Positions 10,599 to 19,877 of a DNA stretch of 64,000 bases are shown here, piece by piece. The DNA comes from Limnothrix sp. BL-A-16 (GTDB lineage: Bacteria; Cyanobacteriota; Cyanobacteriia; CACIAM-69d). Where the stretch lies: positions 2,752,001-2,816,000 of the forward strand of contig CP166615.1 of NCBI GenBank assembly GCA_041937175.2, in the 5' to 3' direction. The notes under the pieces were generated by a model, which searched no databases, was not told the origin of the DNA, and saw only the letters and a list, made by a program, of their open reading frames with translations. The translations under genes and the position numbers were made by a program. Each line of letters begins with the position of its first letter. Positions within the stretch are counted from its first letter, which is position 1.

Positions 10599-11432
10599 AT
10601 GCCCAAGCCACCGCAGGCTGTTTTCGATTCGATCTATGCCTTTCCGCCCAACCGCGACACGTTAGGCGGGACTGCTTATTTCATTGTAGGAAACTCGATC
10701 AACCCTGCTGACTCGGCCGACCATAATGGCCCACCGGCCAATTCATCAGATCATCCCTCTGCCCATAGTCTGCCAGGCAATATTCTGATCGATTGTCCGC
10801 CTTGGCACGAGGAAACAGCGGCTTTTTTGGCCCAGCATGGGGGGGTGCGTTGGTGGATTTTTACCCACCGCAGTTCCTTTGGCCCCCTGCAAACCGTGCG
10901 GGCCTTGCATCGGGCCTTCAGCACTCCGGCCGCAACCCTTGAGGAGGGCGAACCGGCCGCCCAATCCGCGGCCCCCCGCTGCGAATTGGTAGTGCAAGAG
11001 CAGGAGGCCTATCTGCTGCCCAATTTGCCAGTGACCCCGTTTCGAGAAGAAATGACCCTCAGTCCAGAACTGCGCGTGATTTGGACTCCCGGCCACACGC
11101 CCGGCTCGGCTTGCGTTTGGCTCGATCGGGCGGGGGGCATTTTGTTTAGTGGTCGTCATCTGTTGCCCACGCCCCAGGGGGAGTTGATGCCCCTCAAAAC
11201 CGCCAAAACCTTCCATTGGTTCCGCCAATTGCGATCGGTTCAGGCCTTGATCGATCGCTTTTCGCCGGCCGACCTGGCCCATTGTTGCCCGGGGGCGAGC
11301 GTGGGATTTTTGCGCGGGGCCCTGTCGGTCGATCGCGCCTATGAACGGCTCACGACCTTGAACTTGGCGGCCGCTAGGCTGGATCCGGTAGCGCTTCAGT
11401 CGCCGAGCCTGAGCGAAACACCTGACCAATAA
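10599..11432 (+). CDS. MBL-fold metallo-hydrolase
   Basis: AFPPNRDTLGGTAY, NILIDCP, WTPGHTPGS, LFSGRHL; cyanobacterial family. Confidence 0.85.
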   Translation: MPKPPQAVFDSIYAFPPNRDTLGGTAYFIVGNSINPADSADHNGPPANSSDHPSAHSLPGNILIDCPPWHEETAAFLAQHGGVRWWIFTHRSSFGPLQTVRALHRAFSTPAATLEEGEPAAQSAAPRCELVVQEQEAYLLPNLPVTPFREEMTLSPELRVIWTPGHTPGSACVWLDRAGGILFSGRHLLPTPQGELMPLKTAKTFHWFRQLRSVQALIDRFSPADLAHCCPGASVGFLRGALSVDRAYERLTTLNLAAARLDPVALQSPSLSETPDQ

Positions 11433-12378
11433 TGTCCTCGATCGGGGGTTCCGTCACGCTCAGATCTTGCACCGGTAGCTGCTCCAGCAAGCGGGCGATC
11501 GTCGGGGTCAGCACCTCTCGCCGCACCAACAGTTGAACCGATCGCCCCTCGATCGCCACCACTTCCCCAAAATCTTGGAGTTGGGCCGTTGTCATTGGTT
11601 TGGCCAACTCCAACCGCACTTCCCGGTAGGGTGCGAATCGATCGACCAACCCCGAAAGGCTGCCGTCATAGATCGACGACCCCTCATGGATCAACAACAC
11701 GCGATCGCATAGGGCCGTGATGTCGCCCATGTAGTGGGACGTAAGCAAAATCGTCGCCCCATAGCGCTCGTTGTATTCCCGCAAGAAATCCCGCAAGTTA
11801 GCCTGGGCGTTCACATCCAAACCCAAGGTCGGCTCATCCAAAAACAACACCGCCGGCCGATGGAGCAGCGCCGCCAGCAACTCCGCCTTCATCCGCTCGC
11901 CCAAAGACAGCTTACGCACCGGCTGCGTCAGTTTGGACTCCAGCGCCAACAGTTCGCTCAGCTCGCCCACCCGCTGGGTCAGTTCCCGATCGCTCAGGCC
12001 ATACACCGCCCCGTTAATTCGCAACGAATCCCAAGCGGGCAAATCCCAAATTAATTGTTGCTTTTGCCCCATCACCAGGGCAATTTGATGTAAGAACGCC
12101 GACTCTCTGGCAAAGGGTTCATGGCCCGCCACCCGCACCCGACCGCCGGAGGGATAAATCAGCCCCGCCAGCATTTTCAATGTGGTGGTTTTGCCGGCCC
12201 CATTCGCCCCCAAAAACCCCACCACCTCGCCGGGGGCGATCGAAAACGACACGGACTTCACCGCCTCGATCGTTCGGTAGCGTCGTCGCCAAAAGTGGGC
12301 GATCGTCCCTTGCAGCCCCGGAGCCTTCAGGGCCACTTGATAGGACTTTTGCAGCCCCTCTGCTACCAACATCCCCAT
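11374..12378 (-). CDS. ABC transporter ATP-binding protein
   Basis: Walker A GANGAGKTT, signature LSLGE, Walker B LFLDEPT, SH switch. Confidence 0.95.
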   Translation of the reverse strand: MGMLVAEGLQKSYQVALKAPGLQGTIAHFWRRRYRTIEAVKSVSFSIAPGEVVGFLGANGAGKTTTLKMLAGLIYPSGGRVRVAGHEPFARESAFLHQIALVMGQKQQLIWDLPAWDSLRINGAVYGLSDRELTQRVGELSELLALESKLTQPVRKLSLGERMKAELLAALLHRPAVLFLDEPTLGLDVNAQANLRDFLREYNERYGATILLTSHYMGDITALCDRVLLIHEGSSIYDGSLSGLVDRFAPYREVRLELAKPMTTAQLQDFGEVVAIEGRSVQLLVRREVLTPTIARLLEQLPVQDLSVTEPPIEDIIGQVFRSGSATEALPDPA

Positions 12379-13076
12379 GGTTGCTCTCCCGTATTCGCAC
12401 AAACCCGATTCAACTCGCAAAAACCAGCACAAGGCTCAAAGAGGCTAAACCAAGCTGCACCAAGCGAAACCCCTGAGCGATCGGCGCTCCTAGCGTTCAT
12501 CGGTCACAACCCACGATGACAGCCGATGATGACAATGACTCATAGCTTAATTGGATATGTGATCACACAATTCAGAAATTGAGATAACCCAGACCATTAG
12601 CCATCACAACCAGCCACGATCTGAGTATCCAGCCAGAGAATAAATCTCTGAATACTGCCTGAGCATTTCCAAAATATTTACGAGGCAATTACAATATGTT
12701 TACAGACTCTTGATGAAGTTTTCCTAAGAGCAGTGTAAAACTTTTCCAAAAAGATCAACCGCAATGCTCAAAGACTCGCAATATATCAGTCGCGGTTGCT
12801 TTGGGGGTGCTAAAATTTCACGTTTAGGCGCTGTTGTTTGTTAGAATTTTTCAATCTTTGAAATTAATCGCATTACTTTCCTTAACAACCACTCATGCCA
12901 ACACCAAGACCTGATCTCCCTTGGCGACCCCTTGCCCAAACTCTCTCCGGGCCATTTTCTAACCCCTGTTGAGCGACCTGAAACCCCATCAAGCCAACCG
13001 CTTTTGACGTTTTAAAGTACCTCAACATAACTGACATGAAGGTTATGTCTAGCCATCTTGCAGGAGCTTCAAAATT

Positions 13077-13271
13077 ATGCACTTTATGAGCGATCTGGGT
13101 ATTGATCTTATTTCTATGATCCATTACCTGCAATCCCAAACCCTAACCCACGAGGAAATGAGTTGGGTACGAAGCCTAAATATTCAACAAATTGTTGAGT
13201 TGGCTTCCCAAAAGGGTTATCACCTTGTGGGTAGTGATTTGATCAATTCTGACCAAATGCAACTGAAATAG
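13077..13271 (+). CDS. small protein, Nif11-like domain
   Basis: AGGAG RBS upstream; QQIVELASQKGYHLVGSDL resembles the Nif11 'ivaiAkeaGf...edl' pattern. Confidence 0.5.
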   Translation: MHFMSDLGIDLISMIHYLQSQTLTHEEMSWVRSLNIQQIVELASQKGYHLVGSDLINSDQMQLK

Positions 13272-13430
13272 TTTTCGGCAATAGCTGTCAGCCGCTTCAA
13301 TTGACAGCTTGATCAACAATCTCAATGAACAGGGAATTTGGACGAGACACCGCGATCGCGCCAGCCCACAGCCGTTCTTGAAAAACGCCTCAACCCGTAT
13401 CTTTGTTGCGAAACGCTTTAGCCAAGTAAT

Positions 13431-13603
13431 AGACCTCTTGCGCGAATCAGCTAATAGCCCTCATCCCCCAACCCCTTCTCCCAAGGGGGGCGAAGGGGAG
13501 CCAGAAAACGGGAGTTACGGCGATTTCGTTGTTGATTTTCAAGTCCCTCTCCCGACTTGGGAGAGGGATTTAGGGTGAGGGTCTTAATTGATGCAAGAGA
13601 TCT
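13431..13603. mobile_element. MITE family A (173 bp) with IS5-type ends, copy 1
   Basis: TIRs AGACCTCTTGC...GCAAGAGATCT; 3-bp direct repeat AAT on both flanks; reads identical to 45880-46052; interior carries CCCTCATCCCCCAACCCCTTCTCCC / GGGAGAGGGATTTAGGGTGAGGG hairpin repeats. Confidence 0.92.
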
Positions 13604-13667
13604 AATGCCTTGAGCGAAGCAATTCAATAACAACGATCGCACGGCAGTAAGCGTGATCGTTGTTATT

Positions 13668-14571
13668 AGACCTCTTGCACGAATAAAGGAGTAATGTAGA
13701 AAGTCGTCGTCACCATCCCTGGGAGATGCTCTACGAAAACCTTGCATCACTTCCCCCATCGCAATTTCGCCGCGCTTGTGGCTTCAGTCGCTCTACCTTC
13801 CAAGCCATGCTCGATGTCCTCCGTCCCGCCCTCGACCGTAGCGGCAAACGCGGTGGACAAAATAGCCTCAGCGTGGAGAATCAACTCCTGCTGACCCTGC
13901 AATACTGGCGCGAGTATCGCACCCAATTCCATATCGGTCTTGATTTCGGGGTCTCAGAAGCGACCGTCTGTCGGATCATCAACCGCGTTGAGACTGTCTT
14001 GGTCAAAAGTGGTCGGTTTGCGTTGCCCGGCAAACGCCGCCTCTTAGACCCCGAGGCTGATGAGTCAGTAGTGGTGATTGATGTGACCGAAGTCGCCATT
14101 GAACGACCCAAAAAAAACAGCGTGCTTACTACAGCGGCAAGCAGAAGCAACATACGCTGAAAGGGCAATTGGTGATTGATTGGCGCTCCGGTCAATTCCT
14201 GGCCGCGGCGATGGGTCGAGGTCGCACCCATGACCTGCGGCTTTGGCGTGAGAGTGCTTTTCGTTTAGCTCCAGACCGGCTGTGTCTAGCGGATAGTGGG
14301 TATCAAGGGCTAGCTCGTCACCATGAGGCCACGATCCTCCCGAAACGGAAACCACCTCGAAAGTCTCTGCCGGAGGTGGAAAAAGCTTGCAATCAGGCGT
14401 TGGCTGCGGTGCGCATTCGGATTGAGCATGCCATTCGTCGCTTGAAGCGATTTCGGATTTTCTCAGGACGCTATCGCAATCGTCGTCGCCGTTTTGGCTT
14501 GAGGCTCCATCTGTTAGCTGGGTTGCTCAACTACCAGGCAATGCATCCAATTTGATTCGTGCAAGAGGTCT
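13668..14571 (+). mobile_element. IS5-family insertion sequence (ISL2/IS702-like), 904 bp
   Basis: Perfect 17-bp TIR AGACCTCTTGCACGAAT / ATTCGTGCAAGAGGTCT; ATT target duplication (13665-13667, 14572-14574); no CGATCG seen inside. Confidence 0.95.
13726..14555 (+). CDS. IS5-family DDE transposase split by a -1 frameshift at an A8 run (14110-14117)
   Basis: ORF-A carries the HTH (LLLTLQYWREYRTQFHIGLDFGVSEATVCR) and ends IDVTE..IERPKK; the -1 frame continues QRAYYSGKQKQHTLKGQ...ADSGYQG...RIRIEHAIRRLKRFRI. Confidence 0.92.
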
Positions 14572-14616
14572 ATTGAATAGTCTCAGAAAGAATAGTCTCA
14601 GAAATCATCGATTCAG

Positions 14617-14651
14617 AATGACGGGCGGTTGTTCAAGCCACCCGTCATTTC
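14617..14651. terminator. hairpin downstream of hemA and the IS
   Basis: AATGACGGG(C)GG-ttgttcaag-CC(A)CCCGTCATT inverted repeat. Confidence 0.5.
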
Positions 14652-14654
14652 TAA

Positions 14655-14780
14655 GAGGATGTCTGAAAAGCCAAAATTGCTACTCTGTACGCCCCAGTGA
14701 TCGACTTAGACAAGATGCTCAAGCCCCTTCCACGACTATTGGTGCTTGCCCGTGCCAAAGAATACTTTTTAAACATCCTC
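14655..14780 (+). mobile_element. MITE family B (GAGGATG...CATCCTC)
   Basis: TIR GAGGATGTCTGAAAAG / CTTTTTAAACATCCTC; TAA duplication; core CAAGATGCTCAAGCCCCTT at 14711-14729. Confidence 0.85.
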
Positions 14781-14807
14781 TAAGGATCTGGCAGCGACTG
14801 AGGCAGC

Positions 14808-16094
14808 CTAGGCGGCACTGTCGGCGGTTTCCAGATTGAACAGCACTTGCAGGGTTTGCATGGCCTGCTGACGGGCTTCAATGTCTTGCTGGGCCCGCAG
14901 TTGCACCATGGGATCGTGCAGAATTTTGTTGACGATGCCACGGGTGAGGGCTTCGATCGTTTCCTGGTGCTTTTCGGCAAATTCTGACCCCAGACGAGAC
15001 AGGGCTTTTTCGAGTTCTTGGGTACGGATGGTTTCGACTTTGCGGCGCAGGCTGTCGATGGTGGAAACGGTGTCTAGGGATTGCAACCAGGCTTCAAAGG
15101 CTTCGGCTTCTTCGTCAAGCAGGGCTTCGGCTTCGATCGCCATTTTGCGGCGGCTTTCGTGGTTTTGGGCCACCACTTCTTTCAAGTCGTCCACGTCAAA
15201 GGCCTGCACGCCGGGCAATTCATTCACATCGCTGGCAATGTTGCGGGGCACGGAAATATCAAAGAGCATCAGCGATCGATTCTCGGGCAAGATGGCTTCC
15301 AGCTTGGCGCGATCGAGGATGGGTTCCGTGGCGGAGGTGCTGGTGAACACGAGGTCTGAAGCGGCGATCGTGCTCATCATGCTCGGCAGGGGGTGCAGAT
15401 TGAGCTTCGCATCCGGAAAACGGCGAGCCAGTTCTTCTGCCCGTTCGAGCGATCGATTCACGATCGCAATTTGGGTCGCGCCCTTGGAGAGCAAATGTTG
15501 CACCAACAGGCGAGACATTTTGCCGGCCCCAACAATGGCCACGCGACAGGGCGACAGATCCGGCACTTTCAGTTGCGCCAATTCCACGGCGGCGGAACTG
15601 ATGGACACGGCTCCCGTGCCGATGCTGGTTTCGGTACGGACGCGCTTACCGGCGGTAATTGCCTGTTTCAGCAATCGATTCAGGATGCGGGCAATTCCCT
15701 TGTAGTCCTGACCGAGTTTATAGGCGTTTTTCACCTGCGAGAGGATCTGACCTTCACCGAGCACCAAACTATCCAAGCCGGCCGCCACTCGCATCAGATG
15801 CATCACCGCATCCTGGCGCAACAGAACAAACAGGTGGTGGCGCAAGGCTTCCAGGGGCAGCTTACTGCGCTCTGCCAAGATTTCAACCACTTCCTGCACG
15901 CCGCGATCGACCTCACTCAGAACGCAATAGAGTTCTAGTCGGTTGCAGGTGCTGAGGATTGCCACTTCTTCCACATGGGAGCAACTCCTTAAGCTGGCGA
16001 TTGCTGCCTCGACCTGTGGTTCGGGAATGCTCAATTTTTCGCGCACTTCAACCGGAGCCGTCTTGTGGCTCAGTCCGATCACAGCAATATTCAT
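14808..16094 (-). CDS. hemA: glutamyl-tRNA reductase
   Basis: [44 protein letters not shown]. Confidence 0.98.
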   Translation of the reverse strand: MNIAVIGLSHKTAPVEVREKLSIPEPQVEAAIASLRSCSHVEEVAILSTCNRLELYCVLSEVDRGVQEVVEILAERSKLPLEALRHHLFVLLRQDAVMHLMRVAAGLDSLVLGEGQILSQVKNAYKLGQDYKGIARILNRLLKQAITAGKRVRTETSIGTGAVSISSAAVELAQLKVPDLSPCRVAIVGAGKMSRLLVQHLLSKGATQIAIVNRSLERAEELARRFPDAKLNLHPLPSMMSTIAASDLVFTSTSATEPILDRAKLEAILPENRSLMLFDISVPRNIASDVNELPGVQAFDVDDLKEVVAQNHESRRKMAIEAEALLDEEAEAFEAWLQSLDTVSTIDSLRRKVETIRTQELEKALSRLGSEFAEKHQETIEALTRGIVNKILHDPMVQLRAQQDIEARQQAMQTLQVLFNLETADSAA

Positions 16095-16574
16095 ATGGCC
16101 TCTTGCTAAAACGTACTCAAACGGCGTTGAAAGTTCGACTTTAACGGATTTACCAATCGTCGGGCGATCGGTCTATAGAAACTTTGACACTTGATTGGGC
16201 CAAGCTGGGTTGGGATTAGCCAAATTTCAGGGATTTTAGTTCAGGGATTTTAAGAAAAGGGGGGAGCGATCGCCAACCGCTGGTTAGCTTATACCCCCTG
16301 GTTGAGTAATGATCAAACGATTGCTGGGGGAGTTTGGTCTGAGGCTAAGGCTACCGAAACGGCGATCGACTTCATGAATGCAACAAAACGTCAATTTCTA
16401 GTTTTCGGTTAACAATCTTCTGGCCATGGGCATTTGGTCAAAATTTGCTGTTGGCAGTCTGAGACGCGATCGGCCCAGCAGCACCACTCCACAACCCCAG
16501 AGACCTGTAGACATGGCAATGGCTTGCCGCGATCGCCAAAGCGACCTCAGCAAGCCACTACAAACCGTCAGCCC

Positions 16575-17612
16575 CTACTTCAGTTGCAGAACCGAGGGCT
16601 TACCGAATTGGTGAATGGTGTCCACAAAGCGCACCGTGCGGGACTGGCTGGAGATGACCAAGCTTTGAGTCCGCGCACCACCGCCAAAGAAGCGAACGCC
16701 TTCCATCAGCACACCGGGGGTGATCCCGCAGGCGGCGAAGAGGACGTTTTCGCCCGAAGCCAACTCGTCAGCGTTGTACACCCGATCGGGATCGGTAATG
16801 CCCATGCTGGTCAGGCGCTCCAGGTTTTTCTCCTTGCTTTCGCCAATCAGACCGGTCTTCACGATTTCGGGATCGTAAATCAGTTGACCTTGGAAGTGAC
16901 CATCGACGCAGCGCATGGCGGCGGCGGAAATCACACCCTCGGGAGCCGCACCAATCCCCATCAGGGCATGGACGTTCGTCCCAGAGAAAGCACAGCAGAT
17001 AGCCGCTGACACGTCGCCATCGCTGATCAAGCGAACGCGCGCACCGGCTTCCCGGATTTCAGCAATCAGATCTTTGTGCCGGGGGCGATCCATCACGATC
17101 ACCACCAACTCTTCGATCGAGCGGTGCAAACATTCCGACAGGATCTTCAGGTTTTCGGTGGCCGACTTGTTAATGTCCACCTTGCCCTTGGCTGCCGGAG
17201 GTGCTGCCAACTTCTTCATGTAGAAGTCGGGAGCCGCAAACAGACCGCCCTTATCGGCGATCGCCAACACCGCCATCGAACCGTTTTGGCCATAGGCCAC
17301 CAAGTTCGTACCCTCGCAGGGGTCAACAGCAATGTCAATTTCTACCAACTCGTCAGGGTTGCAGCTCTGGGCACCGTCGGGCGTTGCGCAGATCCCCACC
17401 TCTTCACCGATGAACAGCATGGGCGCATCATCGCGCTCACCTTCACCGATCACGATCCGGCCGCGCATATGGATCTTATTCATCCGCTCCCGCATGGCTT
17501 CCACGGCCACTTGGTCAGCGGTGTTCTTTTCACCTTTGCCCATCCAACGAGCAGACGCAATTGCTGCTTGTTCGACGACCTCAATAATTTCTAAACCGAG
17601 GGTAGTTTCCAC
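16575..17612 (-). CDS. glpX: bifunctional fructose-1,6-/sedoheptulose-1,7-bisphosphatase (class II)
   Basis: [43 protein letters not shown] start. Confidence 0.97.
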   Translation of the reverse strand: METTLGLEIIEVVEQAAIASARWMGKGEKNTADQVAVEAMRERMNKIHMRGRIVIGEGERDDAPMLFIGEEVGICATPDGAQSCNPDELVEIDIAVDPCEGTNLVAYGQNGSMAVLAIADKGGLFAAPDFYMKKLAAPPAAKGKVDINKSATENLKILSECLHRSIEELVVIVMDRPRHKDLIAEIREAGARVRLISDGDVSAAICCAFSGTNVHALMGIGAAPEGVISAAAMRCVDGHFQGQLIYDPEIVKTGLIGESKEKNLERLTSMGITDPDRVYNADELASGENVLFAACGITPGVLMEGVRFFGGGARTQSLVISSQSRTVRFVDTIHQFGKPSVLQLK

Positions 17613-17775
17613 AAAAATCTCCTTCCCAAGTGCTGGCCAACGAAACCCCAGAGTCGTTCGGGCTTGCTCAGTTAGTCTATCAAAGGGGGGCGATCGCGCC
17701 GAACTCTTCTACCAGAACCCGGCTGTAAAGATTTGTGGGAACTGGGATCGATCCCCATAGCCTTCTAACAAAGCG

Positions 17776-17802
17776 AAAGCCCCACCCGTGACAGGTGGGG
17801 CT
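17776..17802 (-). terminator. intrinsic terminator downstream of the porin gene
   Basis: AGCCCCACC-cgtgaca-GGTGGGGCT stem followed by T residues on the minus strand. Confidence 0.6.
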
Positions 17803-17950
17803 AAAAGGGGGCTGAAATGACTGTTTCAACGGAAGGCTTAACCACCGAAGCAGTCCGGTGAATGACCCTGACCCCGATCAAGGATCGCAGGTCTAGGGGA
17901 ATTCACCATCAGCCTTAACAGCGCTAGGGCAAGCACTAGCGTGAAGGGTT

Positions 17951-19663
17951 CTAGAACACGAAGGTTGTCCGCAGCGTACCAATCACGACATCATCGTTGT
18001 CGTTGTCTTGGTTCGGGTTCATCTGCCAGATCACACCCGGGGTGATCGAGATCCAGTCGTTCACCGCGTACTTGTAGAACACTTCCACTTGCAGCGGGAT
18101 ATCGGTCTCCACATCATCGTCATCAATGTTGGTCAGGTAGGGCTGAGCACCCACAAAGATGCCACCCAGGTTCCCTTCCTTGCCGAGGTCAGGCAGGGCC
18201 AAGCCCAAAGCGTAGTACCAAATGTCGGCATCATCAAAGCTGCCGCCCTTCGAGTCAACGCCCGTGTAGCCCACGAAGCCGGTCAGAGCCACCTTGGGGC
18301 TGAATTGGTAGTAACCTTGCAGACCAACCGAATTGGAGGTTACAGCATCCTGTTGGGGCAACACGTTGGCCGCCAGAGTGCCCGTGAAGCCGCTGACAAA
18401 ACCGGCGTTATCAAAGCCGAATTCGCCTTCGCCAAAGTAGGAGTAGTTATAGGTCAGACCCAAGCCAAAGGTTTTGGCATCGTTCGTGTAGGTCAACTGG
18501 GCCATGGCCGAGAATTGACCGTCGAACAGGCCGCCTTCGCCCACACCGTCGCCACTGCGGGGGTTAGCCGCTTCACCGGCCAGGTAACCAGCCGACAGTT
18601 GCCAGTTTTCGCTGAAGTCATACTTCACGCCAATCCCAGCACCACCGCCCAGACGGTAGATGGGGCTGCGTTGGGAGAAGGTGGACAGGGAACCACGACC
18701 ACCGTCGTAGTCTTCGAAGTAGGGGTTCAGGGTGTTGGAGATGTCATCCCATACGCCCGCGTTGGCCATCAGGTAACCGCGGCCTTTTTCCCCGATCGGG
18801 AATTGGTATTGCAACGTATCCAAGGTGAACTGGTTGCCGGTGTCGCCAAACACTTGGTTGGTCAACACGGTTTCGCCAGCCACGCCGTTGAAGCCCTTGG
18901 AGTTACCCACTTGCAGGCGGGTGATCAACAGGTCTTTGCCGCTGAAGCTGGTGTTGAAGTTCAGGCGAACACGGTTTTGGAACACCACTTGGTTGTCGTC
19001 ACCGTTGTCGCCATTGAAGGCATCCCCCAGATCATCCAGGTTGGCCGAGGTGGCACCGGCCAGCATCATGATGGCTTCGCCGGTCAGCTTGGTGGTGGTG
19101 GAGAATTGGGTTTTCTCCAGGTAAGAAATCCGACCTTCCAGGGTGTCTACGCGACCGCGCAGCGCGGCCAGCTCGGTCTTGAACATGTCCTGCAATTTCT
19201 TCAGGACTTCCAGATCGGCCTTGGTGGCGTAGTCGGCCACGTTGGTCACGAGCAGTTCTTGGATTCGATCGAGGCAAGCATTCAAACCAGCCGCGAACTC
19301 GTAGCGAGTCATGGCCCGGTTGCCCTTGTAGGTTCCGTCGGGGTAACCGGCGATGCAACCGTAACGCTCAACCAACGATTGCAGGGCTTGGAAGGCCCAA
19401 TCGGTGGGTTGCACGTCCGACAATTGCGACACGGAGGTCACTTGCTCGGCGCTGTTGGCACGGCGAGCGCGGCCCTCGCGGCCATACTGGTTGAGCTGGT
19501 CGAGGTTGCTCAGGGTCGAGCCGTCGCCAGTCGCTTCCAGAGCGCTCACCGACGGCACGGTGGTTGAAGAAACTTGTTGGGCTGAAGCCGGCGAGGCTGC
19601 CACAACCGCAGCGCCCAGGATCGCCGGGCTAGCCAGCAGGGCTTTCCAAATCAACTTTGACAT
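17951..19663 (-). CDS. outer-membrane porin, SLH + OprB (SomA/SomB-type)
   Basis: QVTSVSQLSDVQPTDWAFQALQSLVERYGCIAGYPD, TRYEFAAGLNACL, QFSTTTKL.GE, C-terminal GTLRTTFVF. Confidence 0.96.
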   Translation of the reverse strand: MSKLIWKALLASPAILGAAVVAASPASAQQVSSTTVPSVSALEATGDGSTLSNLDQLNQYGREGRARRANSAEQVTSVSQLSDVQPTDWAFQALQSLVERYGCIAGYPDGTYKGNRAMTRYEFAAGLNACLDRIQELLVTNVADYATKADLEVLKKLQDMFKTELAALRGRVDTLEGRISYLEKTQFSTTTKLTGEAIMMLAGATSANLDDLGDAFNGDNGDDNQVVFQNRVRLNFNTSFSGKDLLITRLQVGNSKGFNGVAGETVLTNQVFGDTGNQFTLDTLQYQFPIGEKGRGYLMANAGVWDDISNTLNPYFEDYDGGRGSLSTFSQRSPIYRLGGGAGIGVKYDFSENWQLSAGYLAGEAANPRSGDGVGEGGLFDGQFSAMAQLTYTNDAKTFGLGLTYNYSYFGEGEFGFDNAGFVSGFTGTLAANVLPQQDAVTSNSVGLQGYYQFSPKVALTGFVGYTGVDSKGGSFDDADIWYYALGLALPDLGKEGNLGGIFVGAQPYLTNIDDDDVETDIPLQVEVFYKYAVNDWISITPGVIWQMNPNQDNDNDDVVIGTLRTTFVF

Positions 19664-19877
19664 TACGCTCTCCTATCCTCACACCTGTCTGGAAGATGGT
19701 CTGAAAAATCGCAGCAAGGCGATTCGGGCCGAATTTTCCATATCACCTTTATAGAGTACCACTGAAAATTAGTGACCGCTGCCGAAAATCCCAATCGGTT
19801 TGTGGGCGTGCGATCGCAAGACTTTCCAAAGTTTTCAAAAAATTTTTTGAGGAGGCTGAGCGGGTTTTCTGGCCCCT

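Noticed and set aside
13309..13759. ORFs 13309-13578 + and 13451-13759 - (and 45900-46247 -) sharing the peptide LTLNPSPKSGEG
   Set aside because: Translations of the MITE A interior repeats rather than genes.
18008..19567. 519-aa ORF on the + strand
   Set aside because: Antisense shadow of the codon-biased porin gene; no recognisable motifs.
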